Made by a program: the position numbers and the translations under genes. 64,000 nucleotides of DNA, from contig JADHVV010000003.1 in the NCBI GenBank assembly GCA_016783825.1, positions 45 through 64,044 on the forward strand, in the 5' to 3' direction. This DNA comes from Candidatus Zhuqueibacterota bacterium (lineage in GTDB: Bacteria > Zhuqueibacterota > Zhuqueibacteria > Thermofontimicrobiales > Thermofontimicrobiaceae). Positions 1-8,180 of the stretch are shown piece after piece (positions within the stretch are counted from its first letter, which is position 1; every line of letters starts with the position of its first letter). Under the pieces are notes generated by a model. The model was not told the origin of the DNA. It saw only the letters and a program-made list of their open reading frames with translations, and searched no databases.

Positions 1-1
1 A

Positions 2-352
2 GTTTGCAACGGCACGACTGGTCATGCTGAAGCGATGGAAGTTGTTTTCGACCCTTCAAAGACTAACTTTGAAAAATTAGCCAGATTGTTTTTTGAGATA
101 CACGATCCCACGCAAATTAATCATCAGGGGCCTGATATTGGCGAACAATATCGTTCGGCAATATTTTATATCGATGATGAACAGAAAAAAAATGCGGAAA
201 AATTAATCAATATTTTAGACGAAAAGGGATATAAAATAGCTACTGAAATAACTAAAGCCGATAAATTTTGGCAGGCTGAAGATAATCATCAGGATTATTA
301 TCAAAACAATGGCAAACGACCATATTGTCATGCATATACGAAAAGATTTTAA
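2..352 (+). CDS. msrA: peptide-methionine (S)-S-oxide reductase MsrA, N-terminus cut by window edge
   Basis: Frame is open from nt 2 (VCNGTTGHAEAMEVVFDP...). MsrA blocks GHAE..V.FDP, HDPTQ.N.QG.D.G.QYRSAIF and AED.HQ.Y are present. TAA at 350-352. Confidence 0.9.
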   Translation, partial: VCNGTTGHAEAMEVVFDPSKTNFEKLARLFFEIHDPTQINHQGPDIGEQYRSAIFYIDDEQKKNAEKLINILDEKGYKIATEITKADKFWQAEDNHQDYYQNNGKRPYCHAYTKRF

Positions 353-386
353 TATTCTAAAATAATAAAACTTTTAAGGAAATATA

Positions 387-1553
387 ATGAAATATCTGAT
401 TATCGGAAATGGAGTTGCTGGCGATGAAGCATCGATTATGATAGGAAAAAATGACGCAACTGCTGAAATAAAACTTATTTCAGAATCGATTAACTATTTT
501 TATTATAAACCAAAACTGATAAATTATCTGGCAAATGAAATCAGTTTGAATAAATTTACAATCCACAAAAAAGCATTTTATGAAAAAATGAATATTAAGA
601 ATATTCCCGGCACTAAAATTACTAAAATTAATCCTGATAAAAATATCGTTATTGCAGAAGATAAAACCGAATATGAATATGATAAATTACTGCTTGCAAC
701 CGGTTCAAGAGCTTTTATTCCTGCAATTAAAGGTGCAAATAAAAATGGCGTTTTTACAATCAGAGAAGTTGAAGATTGCGACAATATCCTTGAATATATC
801 AAAGATAAAAATAGTATTGTTGTTATTGGTGGCGGACTTTTGGGACTCGAGACCGCGAACAGTTTGAGAAGCTTAAATAAAAAAGTTACAGTTATCGAAT
901 ATTTCAGCACACTTCTTCCGCGACAACTTGATAATGATGGCGCAAATCTTTTAAAAAAAATGCTTGAAAAAAAAGGATTAAATTTTATTCTGCCTGGTAT
1001 TGTTGAAATAATTGAAGGGAAAGACAAAGTTGAAAAAGTTATTTTAAAATCGGGAAAGGAAATTAAAGCTGACGCGGTAATAGTTTCGGCCGGTATTCGC
1101 GGAAGAATCGAACTTGCACAAGATATTGGCATAAAAATCAATAAAGGCATTGTCGTAAATGATTTTATGCAAACTTCCGTAGAAAATATTTATAGCGCTG
1201 GCGATTCTGTTGAACATAATGGAAAACTTTATGGGATTTGGAAAGCATCAAAAGAACAGGGAAAAATTGCCGGTTTAAATATGGTCGGAATCAAAACGAA
1301 ATATAATGGAACTTTATTTTCAAATATTTTGAAAGTTACCGGAATAGATTTATATTCTGCTGGAAATTTTGATTCTAAAAATGGCGAAATATTAATTTCA
1401 AAAAATGGAAATGAATACATAAAATTTATAATTAAAAATAATCAACTAATTGGCGCAATCGTCTTAGGCAATGCAAATGCTGTAAAAATTGCATCAAAAG
1501 ATTTTGAAGGAAAGGCTTCGGTTGAAGAATTAAAAAATCTGTTTGATAGATGA
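387..1553 (+). CDS. FAD/NAD(P)-dependent pyridine-nucleotide-disulfide-family oxidoreductase, NADH:rubredoxin-oxidoreductase-like
   Basis: 388 aa. N-terminal dinucleotide fold IIGNGVAG, second fold VVIGGGLLGLE, plus ATGS and SAGD motifs of the NirB/rubredoxin-reductase branch. SD AAGGAA upstream. Sits in a rubrerythrin/desulfoferrodoxin neighbourhood. Confidence 0.75.
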   Translation: MKYLIIGNGVAGDEASIMIGKNDATAEIKLISESINYFYYKPKLINYLANEISLNKFTIHKKAFYEKMNIKNIPGTKITKINPDKNIVIAEDKTEYEYDKLLLATGSRAFIPAIKGANKNGVFTIREVEDCDNILEYIKDKNSIVVIGGGLLGLETANSLRSLNKKVTVIEYFSTLLPRQLDNDGANLLKKMLEKKGLNFILPGIVEIIEGKDKVEKVILKSGKEIKADAVIVSAGIRGRIELAQDIGIKINKGIVVNDFMQTSVENIYSAGDSVEHNGKLYGIWKASKEQGKIAGLNMVGIKTKYNGTLFSNILKVTGIDLYSAGNFDSKNGEILISKNGNEYIKFIIKNNQLIGAIVLGNANAVKIASKDFEGKASVEELKNLFDR

Positions 1554-1608
1554 CTCTGTTGAAAAAGTACCATCCCGAAGGTTTTATGAAACAGAAATAT
1601 CAATATAA

Positions 1609-1686
1609 GGAACTGAAGCGCCTGGTGTCTGTCCTGTTTGTGCACACCCACATGCACATTTTGAGCTGTTGAGGGAGAACTGGTAG
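1609..1686 (+). pseudogene. relic of a rubrerythrin 3' end (rubredoxin-like knuckle), no start codon
   Basis: Translates GTEAPGVCPVCAHPHAHFELLRENW*, compared with GTEALDVCPACAHSKAHFELLGENW* at the end of the intact rbr (5449-5526). In-frame TAA directly upstream (1606-1608). The first CxxC pair is not recognisable. Confidence 0.65.
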
Positions 1687-1755
1687 GAGATAAAATACAA
1701 TAACTTCCGGGCTCTCTAATTTAAAAATGAGATAAATAAGCGATGGAGGTATATC

Positions 1756-3042
1756 ATGGTAAAACAAATCTGTTTATTTGTATTAGTATTTACTTTTTTA
1801 TTAATATTTTTCAATAGCATCCTATTTTCCGATGATGAACCTTGTGTTCAATGCCACATCAAAATCAGTCCTGGTCAGGTAGCTGACTGGAGAACGAGTC
1901 AACATTTTGAAGAAGGTATTACCTGTTCAACGTGTCATGGTGAAGAACACAATAGCAAAGAAAACGTTAATCTTGTGCAATTCCCCGATGAGCATGTATG
2001 CGGTGAGTGCCATGATACGCAATTTGAACAATTCAAAAAAGGCAAACACAACTTCGGCTGGACGTCTTTGAATGCTTTGCCAGTAACTCATGTGGAGCCT
2101 GACGAGTTGATGGAAGGTGGCAGAGGTTGTGGCGGTTGTCATAATATGGGGATTAAAACCGAGGCACAAAAAAAGGAACTGCGGGAAAAAGGTTATCGCT
2201 ATCAAAACAATTCCTGTGATGAATGTCACACAAGACATAGTTTTTCAAAAAAGGAAGCTCAAGATCCACGAGCCTGCCAGCAATGCCACATGGGATATGA
2301 CCATCCACAGTGGGAGATGTGGAGCAGCGCCAAGCATGGCACTCGCTGGTTTGCCAAAGAAAATGGCAGACTACCTAAAGAAGCAGCAGCTCCAAGTTGT
2401 CAGAATTGCCACCTGCCTAACGGTACTCACGAAAATCGAACCGCGTGGGGATTTTTAGGGGTCAGGTTACCTTTGCCTGAAAATCCACAATGGGCTGCAG
2501 ACAGAATAACAATTTTGAAAGCGCTGGGAGTTTTGAATCCAGAGACAGGGAAGCCAACGCCACGCCTTGAGATTGTAAAAGCTGTAGATATGGCGCGCTT
2601 AACTGATGAAGCATGGCAAAAAGAGCGTGATAAAATGATTGAAACTTGTAACAAATGTCACTCAAAACTATACGCCCAGGAACAGCTTGAAATGGGCGAT
2701 GCGATAATGAAAAAAGCCGACCGACTATTAGCACAAGCCATTGATATCGTAGCCGACCTTTACAAAGACGACATCCTGAAAAAGCCTGACAATTATTCTT
2801 TTGCCTATCCCGACTTTCTTTATTTTATGAGAACTGGCAGTGGAAATCTAAAACAGGCATCCTATATTGAGCAGGTACTGTTTCAGATGTACATGAAACA
2901 CCGCATGAGAACTTACCAGGGATTTTTTCATGTAAATCCAGATTATGCCTATTGGTATGGCTGGGCAATGATGACAAAAGATCTTGGTGAGATTCGGGAA
3001 TTGGCTGAAACGATGCGGGTAACTTATAAATTAAAGAAATGA
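1756..3042 (+). CDS. octaheme c-type cytochrome, hydroxylamine-oxidoreductase (HAO) family-like, N-terminal signal/anchor
   Basis: 428 aa with eight CxxCH (CVQCH, CSTCH, CGECH, CGGCH, CDECH, CQQCH, CQNCH, CNKCH). Blocks CHTRHSFS...ACQQCHMGYDHPQWEMWSSAKHG and FHVNPDYAYWYGW are recalled as HAO-family signatures. Hydrophobic N-terminus. SD GGAGG. Confidence 0.7.
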   Translation: MVKQICLFVLVFTFLLIFFNSILFSDDEPCVQCHIKISPGQVADWRTSQHFEEGITCSTCHGEEHNSKENVNLVQFPDEHVCGECHDTQFEQFKKGKHNFGWTSLNALPVTHVEPDELMEGGRGCGGCHNMGIKTEAQKKELREKGYRYQNNSCDECHTRHSFSKKEAQDPRACQQCHMGYDHPQWEMWSSAKHGTRWFAKENGRLPKEAAAPSCQNCHLPNGTHENRTAWGFLGVRLPLPENPQWAADRITILKALGVLNPETGKPTPRLEIVKAVDMARLTDEAWQKERDKMIETCNKCHSKLYAQEQLEMGDAIMKKADRLLAQAIDIVADLYKDDILKKPDNYSFAYPDFLYFMRTGSGNLKQASYIEQVLFQMYMKHRMRTYQGFFHVNPDYAYWYGWAMMTKDLGEIRELAETMRVTYKLKK

Positions 3043-3096
3043 TTGCACTTTTTTGAGAAAAAATAATCACTGTTTCAATAATTTGGGAGAATTAAA

Positions 3097-3612
3097 ATGT
3101 CAAGTACTTCTTTAAAAGCATTAAGAACTGCAATTGAAGTGGAAGATAACGGTTTATTAACTTTCTTGAAATTCGCTCGTCAGACAAAAGACACGACGGG
3201 TAAGAACATGTTCATCCGATTAGCAATGGACGAATTTGAACATCGCCAAATTTTAGAAAAGCAGCTTAATAAGCTTTTAGAAGGCGGTGAATGGGAAAAT
3301 GTTGAAGTGCCAAAATCAGAAATAGAGATAATTTCTCCAACTATTCGAGAAAAACAACAGCGAACAAAAGGCGAATCTGGGATGGCGGAATTGGATGCCT
3401 TAAACACTGCCTTAGATTTAGAGAAAAAAACAGCAGAGTTTTTCAGAGAACAAGCAGACTTAGTCGATGAACCCGAAGCAAAATCTTTGTTTATAAGATT
3501 GGCAGAATGGGAAGATGCTCATTATGATATAATTCTGGCAGAACAGGATTCTATTAAGGGAACTGGATTCTGGTTCGGTATTCCTGAATTTCAAATGGAT
3601 GGGAAATTTTAG
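3097..3612 (+). CDS. rubrerythrin-family diiron four-helix-bundle protein without rubredoxin domain (erythrin-like), paralog 1
   Basis: 171 aa. Two E...ExxH ligand sets (EVED / DEFEH and LEKK / EWEDAH). SD GGGAG upstream. Confidence 0.75.
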   Translation: MSSTSLKALRTAIEVEDNGLLTFLKFARQTKDTTGKNMFIRLAMDEFEHRQILEKQLNKLLEGGEWENVEVPKSEIEIISPTIREKQQRTKGESGMAELDALNTALDLEKKTAEFFREQADLVDEPEAKSLFIRLAEWEDAHYDIILAEQDSIKGTGFWFGIPEFQMDGKF

Positions 3613-3681
3613 CTGGATTTTTCCAATTATTAATAATCTCTTAATTGAATAGCTACAATTTAAAAAATAAGGAGTATGAAA

Positions 3682-4179
3682 ATGGATGAAAAAAATATTG
3701 GTTTGTTGGAAGCAATCGAGGTTGCTCTAAAAGCTGAGAAAAAAGCAAATGAATTCTATCTCGATGCTTATGAAAAAGTAACTAACGAAAAAGGGAAAGA
3801 TTTGTTGAAACAACTGGCAGATTTTGAACAAAACCATTACGATAAATTAAATGAGCTTAAAAATTCATTAAAAGACAAAGGTGAATTTATTGAGTATGAA
3901 GGTACAGAATTTAGACCTTTTGTCGCAAAAAGCAGGGCAGAAATATCTGCTAAAATTGAACCTGACAAAGAAGACGTTCTTAACATTCTCAGTCTGGCGA
4001 TTGATGCCGAAACTAAAGCGCACGAGCATTATAAAAAAATGGCAGAAGAAACCACTGATGCCAAAGGTAAAGATATGTTTGAAAAATTGGCTGATGAAGA
4101 GACGATGCATCGCCGAATTTTGAGTGACGAATTTTATATGCTTAGTAATAAAGGCGGCATCTGGTTTTGGGGAGATTGA
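3682..4179 (+). CDS. rubrerythrin-family diiron protein (erythrin-like), paralog 2
   Basis: ATG 3682 lies 7 nt after AAGGAG; an in-frame ATG at 3676 is also possible. ExxH sets DFEQNH and DEETMH. Confidence 0.75.
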   Translation: MDEKNIGLLEAIEVALKAEKKANEFYLDAYEKVTNEKGKDLLKQLADFEQNHYDKLNELKNSLKDKGEFIEYEGTEFRPFVAKSRAEISAKIEPDKEDVLNILSLAIDAETKAHEHYKKMAEETTDAKGKDMFEKLADEETMHRRILSDEFYMLSNKGGIWFWGD

Positions 4180-4180
4180 T

Positions 4181-4320
4181 GCTGGATTATGGTTGCTGGA
4201 TATTGGTTTTTTATTGCTGGATTTTGGATTGTTGATTACTTAGATTTGATTTCCATGATTATCAAGCATCAAGTATCCAGTATCAAATATCGAGCATCCA
4301 GTATCAAATTTCCAGTAATT
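4181..4320. repeat. long imperfect hairpin built from tandem words (GCTGGAT-type arm vs ATCCAGT-type arm) after the stop of the preceding gene
   Basis: Left arm gctggattatggttgctggatattgg...ttgctggattttggatt. Right arm gtatccagtatcaaatatcgagcatccagtatcaaatttccag. The arms are complementary if G-U pairs are allowed. Confidence 0.5.
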
Positions 4321-4359
4321 GACTTTATTATGAAAAACAAAAAAACAGGAGATATTCAA

Positions 4360-4824
4360 ATGGCAGAGCAATCACTTACATTCAAAGATGCAATTAAAGT
4401 CGCAATTAAAGAAGAGATTAAGGCGTATAATTTGTATATGGAAACAAGTAAAAAAGTGTCTGGCTCTGGTACAAAAAAGATGCTCGAAGAACTGGCTGAA
4501 ATGGAGAAGGGGCATCGTAAGCTTTTGGAAGGAGTTATTGAAAGGCAAAAATCAGATATACTGGGCAAGAATATCCCCAGACAGAGTCCAGGGATAGCAG
4601 ATTTTTTAGTTGAAGTTGAATTAAAACAAAATGCTACTCCACAGGATGTGATGATCTTTGCCATGAAAGCAGAAGAAAAAGCATTTAATTTTTACACAGA
4701 ATTGAAAGGACAGTTTTCAGGAACTGAATTAGAAAACTTATTTAATAGTTTGGTAGAGGAAGAAAAAGGTCATAAAATTAAGCTGGAAAATGAATATGAT
4801 GAATATATTTTGCGGGAAAATTAA
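4360..4824 (+). CDS. rubrerythrin-family diiron protein (erythrin-like), paralog 3
   Basis: ATG 4360 is preceded by AGGAG. ExxH sets EMEKGH and EEEKGH. The track ORF start at 4189 only reads through the hairpin repeat. Confidence 0.7.
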   Translation: MAEQSLTFKDAIKVAIKEEIKAYNLYMETSKKVSGSGTKKMLEELAEMEKGHRKLLEGVIERQKSDILGKNIPRQSPGIADFLVEVELKQNATPQDVMIFAMKAEEKAFNFYTELKGQFSGTELENLFNSLVEEEKGHKIKLENEYDEYILREN

Positions 4825-4953
4825 TTTGCTACTAATCATTATTTGTTATAGTACCTGAATGGTATTCTTGAAAAAATGTCAGCAACAACAATGAATGAAT
4901 ATATAATTAAAAATAATAGTAAATATTTTAATTAAACAATTGGAGGTTTAATT

Positions 4954-5526
4954 ATGAATTTAAAAGGAACAAAAACAGAAAAAAATATTTTAACAGCATT
5001 TGCAGGAGAATCACAAGCAAGAAATCGTTATTCCTACTTTGCCAGCAAGGCAAAGAAAGAAGGTTTTGTGCAGATTGCAGCTATTTTTGAGGAAACTGCT
5101 AACCATGAAAAGGAACATGCCAAACGCTTGTTCAAGTTGCTTGTAGGAGGAGAAGTAGAAGTTCAAGCCGCTTTTCCTGCTGGTATAATTGGCTCTACTG
5201 CGGAAAATTTAAAAGCCTCTGCGGGCGGTGAAAATCATGAATGGACAGAGATGTATCCATCGTTTGCCAACGTGGCTCGGGAAGAAGGTTTTGAAAATAT
5301 TGCTGAAATATTTGAAGCCATCGCCGTTGCAGAAAAACAACATGAGAAACGTTATCTCGATTTGATAAAAAACATTGAAGATGGCACAGTATTTAAAAAG
5401 GATAAAAAAGTTGTATGGCGCTGTCGTAATTGCGGCTATTTACACGAAGGAACTGAAGCGCTTGATGTCTGTCCCGCTTGCGCTCATTCAAAGGCGCATT
5501 TTGAGCTGTTGGGTGAAAACTGGTAG
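4954..5526 (+). CDS. rbr: rubrerythrin
   Basis: 190 aa. Diiron bundle (ETANHEKEH, GGENHEW, AEKQHEKRY) plus C-terminal rubredoxin-like CRNC...CPAC. SD GGAGG. Confidence 0.92.
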   Translation: MNLKGTKTEKNILTAFAGESQARNRYSYFASKAKKEGFVQIAAIFEETANHEKEHAKRLFKLLVGGEVEVQAAFPAGIIGSTAENLKASAGGENHEWTEMYPSFANVAREEGFENIAEIFEAIAVAEKQHEKRYLDLIKNIEDGTVFKKDKKVVWRCRNCGYLHEGTEALDVCPACAHSKAHFELLGENW

Positions 5527-5577
5527 GTTTGCTTTTTGCGGATTGAAGATTTTGAATTTAACCAAGGAGGTAAAATT

Positions 5578-6288
5578 ATGAGTGATAAACCAATAGGCTG
5601 TGCCAGACCAACTGGAGGTCCAGTAGGGACTAAACCAGTCAAAGAAAAAACAAATGAACAAAACTTTGAATTGAAAAAGGAGAAAATTATGGTTGAAGTA
5701 AAAGTTGGGCAAAAAGCCCCAGATTTTGAGTCGTCAGCTTTTTACAAAGGCGAATTCAAGAATATTAAACTTTCTGATTATCTTGGCAAATGGGTTATCC
5801 TGTGTTTTTATCCTGGCGACTTTACATTTGTCTGACCAACCGAGTTAGCGACAGTTGCCGCTAATTACGATAAGCTGCAAAAGTTAGGCGTTGAAGTATT
5901 AGCAATGAGTGTTGACAGTATGTTTGTCCATAAGATATGGCAGGAAGAAGAATTATCTAAAATGGTCAAGCGTGGCGTTCCTTATCCCATGCTTTCTGAT
6001 GGCGCTGGCAAAGTAGGAAAAGTTTACGGTGTTTACGATGAAGCCGCAGGGGTTGATATTCGAGGAAGGTTTTTAATTGACCCCGATGGCGTGGTTCAGG
6101 CAATGGAAGTAATGACTCCGCCAGTGGGAAGAAATATCAAAGAGTTGATTCGTCAGATTGAAGCGTTTCAGCATGTTAGAAAATCTAAAGGTTCTGAAGC
6201 CTGTCCTGCAGGATGGGAACCTGGAAAACCAACTCTTAAACCAGGACCTGCTTTAGTGGGTAAGGTTTGGGAAGAATGGAAACCGTAA
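5578..6288 (+). CDS. typical 2-Cys peroxiredoxin (AhpC/Prx1 type) with TGA (5833-5835) at the peroxidatic Cys position; candidate selenocysteine protein
   Basis: Track ORFs 5536-5835 and 5905-6288 share one frame. The joined sequence reads ...[10 protein letters not shown][TGA]PTELATV..., matching the invariant FTFVCPTE. The resolving Cys EACPAGW is present. Two SD-preceded starts: 5578 (AAGGAGG) and 5689 (AGGAG). Confidence 0.8.
5843..5866 (+). promoter_or_regulatory. candidate bacterial SECIS stem-loop
   Basis: AGTTAGCG (5843-5850) pairs with CGCTAATT (5859-5866), including one G-U pair. The 8-nt loop ACAGTTGC has a GU about 21 nt 3' of the UGA. Confidence 0.5.
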
Positions 6289-6296
6289 AAAAAAAA

Positions 6297-6393
6297 TGGA
6301 GTAATGGATAGATGGATTAATCGAGTGATGGATGAGTGGAGTATTGGATTAATGGAGTGATAATAACTCATTTTTTCAATACTCCAGCAATCC
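6297..6393. repeat. word-built hairpin (TGGAGT/TGGATT words) after the prx stop
   Basis: The 64-nt C-free arm tggagtaatggatagatggattaatcgagtgatggatgagtggagtattggattaatggagtga contains seven GGA. It is partly complementary to actcattttttcaatactccagcaatcc. Confidence 0.5.
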
Positions 6394-6462
6394 GTTTAAG
6401 TTAATATTTATCAAAATAATGAAAAAGTAGTAAAATTTAACGATCGTTTTGAGAGGTAAATT

Positions 6463-6975
6463 ATGATATCAGAAAAAATGACTGAAAAATTAAATGACCA
6501 AATCAAGCATGAGTTGTATTCCGGTCATCTCTATTTATCAATGGCAGCCTATTGCGCTTCCATTGACCTTGATGGATTTTCAAATTTTTTTGTTGTTCAG
6601 GAGCAAGAAGAACGTTTTCATGCGATGAAATTTTTTCATTATATTGTTGAACAAGATAAAGATGTTAAAATTTTCGGACTTGATCAACCAGAGACTGAAT
6701 TTGATTCACTGGAAGCTGTAATTGATGCTGCATGGAAACATGAACAGAAAGTAACTAAAAGATTATATGACTTAATGAATTTAGCAAATGAGGAAAAAGA
6801 TTTTGCCACGCAAAGCCTTTTGAAATGGTTTATTGATGAACAGGTTGAAGAGGAAGCATCAATGTTAGGGCTGTTAAAGAAAGTAAAGTTAGTAGGCGAT
6901 AAAGGACAAGGCATTTTTATGTTGGATAAGGAGTTAGCCGAGAGAACATTTGCTCCTCCTGCGGCTGAAAAGTAA
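6463..6975 (+). CDS. ftn: non-heme ferritin
   Basis: 170 aa. Ferritin-like ELYSGHLYLSMAAY, QEQEERFHAMKF and KHEQKVT blocks. Confidence 0.9.
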   Translation: MISEKMTEKLNDQIKHELYSGHLYLSMAAYCASIDLDGFSNFFVVQEQEERFHAMKFFHYIVEQDKDVKIFGLDQPETEFDSLEAVIDAAWKHEQKVTKRLYDLMNLANEEKDFATQSLLKWFIDEQVEEEASMLGLLKKVKLVGDKGQGIFMLDKELAERTFAPPAAEK

Positions 6976-6998
6976 AGATAGCAGTTTTTGAAACTCAA

Positions 6999-7220
6999 CT
7001 AAAGTTCATTGAATTCATCAATTGTGAGATTAGCCTGCTTAATTAATTTTGATAAAAGTCCAATGCCAAGTTCCTTGTGTTGAAGAATAGATAAAGTGTA
7101 GGGATAGTCTGGTTTTGTCATCATAACATGAGAGCCTTTTTTACGAGATAATGTCCATCCGGCTCTTTGGAATTTTCTAACAACTGTGGTGCCAGAACAA
7201 ATCTTTATCCTGGGACTCAT
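6999..7220 (-). CDS. hicA: HicA-family mRNA interferase toxin
   Basis: 73 aa with the GSH...KP motif (RKKGSHVMMTKPD). Overlaps the upstream hicB by 4 nt. Confidence 0.85.
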   Translation of the reverse strand: MSPRIKICSGTTVVRKFQRAGWTLSRKKGSHVMMTKPDYPYTLSILQHKELGIGLLSKLIKQANLTIDEFNEL

Positions 7221-7426
7221 ACGAGTTCCTCGTACACTTCATGGACATTTTTATGTTGGGATTCCATTTTGTCATTCATAACATCAAACCAACCGGCAAT
7301 AGCTTCTTTGATGTTTTCTTTGGCTTCCGCTATTGTTTTACCTTGTGATAGACAACCTGGTAATGCGGGAGCTTCGGCAAAATAATAACCGGTTTCGTCT
7401 TTTTCAATGATGATTTTGAGTTTCAT
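7217..7426 (-). CDS. hicB: HicB-family antitoxin (UPF0150 fold)
   Basis: 69 aa. GYYFAEAPALPGCLSQGKTIAEAKENIKEAI is typical of HicB N-domains. Confidence 0.8.
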   Translation of the reverse strand: MKLKIIIEKDETGYYFAEAPALPGCLSQGKTIAEAKENIKEAIAGWFDVMNDKMESQHKNVHEVYEELV

Positions 7427-7518
7427 AATATTGCTCCGATATTAAATGATTAGCACAATAATATAATAAAGTTAAATCTCAAAAACAATAAAATATTTTT
7501 GAAATAAGGAGATTCATC

Positions 7519-7893
7519 ATGACAAAAATAAATCAAGTTTACAAGTGCGAAGTGTGTGGAAACATAGTTGAAGTTCTGCACACTGGAGCCGGCGAGTTAG
7601 TGTGCTGCAATCAACCAATGAATTTGTTGGAAGCAAATACCACAGATGCTGCAACAGAAAAGCATGTCCCTGTGATTGAAAAATCTGGTGATACAGTCAC
7701 AGTAAAAGTAGGGAGTGTTGACCATCCCATGTTGGATGAACATTATATTGAGTTCATTGAATTGATAGCTGATGGTCAGGTTTATCGAAAAGCTTTAAAA
7801 CCAGGCGACGCACCCGAAGCGACATTTAAAGTAAGTGCTGAAAACGTAGAAGCGCGTGCTTATTGTAACTTACATGGTTTGTGGAAAGCGTAG
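7519..7893 (+). CDS. dfx: desulfoferrodoxin (2Fe superoxide reductase)
   Basis: 124 aa. N-terminal desulforedoxin CEVCGN...CCNQPM and EKHVP SOR centre with C-terminal CNLHGLW. Confidence 0.9.
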   Translation: MTKINQVYKCEVCGNIVEVLHTGAGELVCCNQPMNLLEANTTDAATEKHVPVIEKSGDTVTVKVGSVDHPMLDEHYIEFIELIADGQVYRKALKPGDAPEATFKVSAENVEARAYCNLHGLWKA

Positions 7894-8180
7894 TGCCCAA
7901 AATTTAAAGTTATGTTTATTACTAGGGCAAATTACTAAGGTAGTGTCAAAAGTTTTATGAAAAAATGAAAATTACCCCACGATACAATAAACGGCAAATG
8001 CAATGGGGGATGCGTATTCAGCCTTTCCCTTGCGCTGTCCAATAGCTAAATTGGGGGGAGAAAAATATATTGTGAGGGAGAATTTGTATGAAACCTTTAT
8101 TCATGGGGTGTTCATCAAAAAAAATCATAAAAAATGTCGAGAATTTTTGGCACTACCAAACTTTATAAGGAGAATAAACC

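Noticed and set aside
578-1150. Long antisense or overlapping ORFs in the track (for example 578-1150, 16468-16869, 20454-20927, 38787-39233 and 44351-44680).
   Set aside because: They lie entirely inside well-supported genes on the other strand or frame and have low-complexity or biased composition. No motifs or RBS are visible. They are treated as shadow ORFs.
3626-3637. PerR/Fur-like operator candidates: the perfect palindrome ATTATTAATAAT upstream of erythrin paralog 2, TTAAAAATA...TATTTTAA upstream of rbr, and TTATCAAAATAATGA upstream of ferritin.
   Set aside because: The intergenic DNA is so AT-rich that such palindromes are expected by chance. No common motif could be aligned across the stress-gene promoters by eye, and no regulator gene is in the window.
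4189-4359. The long N-terminal extension of track ORF 4189-4824 (MVAGYWFFIAGFWIVDYLDL...).
   Set aside because: It is a translation of the word-built hairpin 4181-4320. A good SD (AGGAG) precedes ATG 4360, and the homologous paralogs start at the equivalent position.
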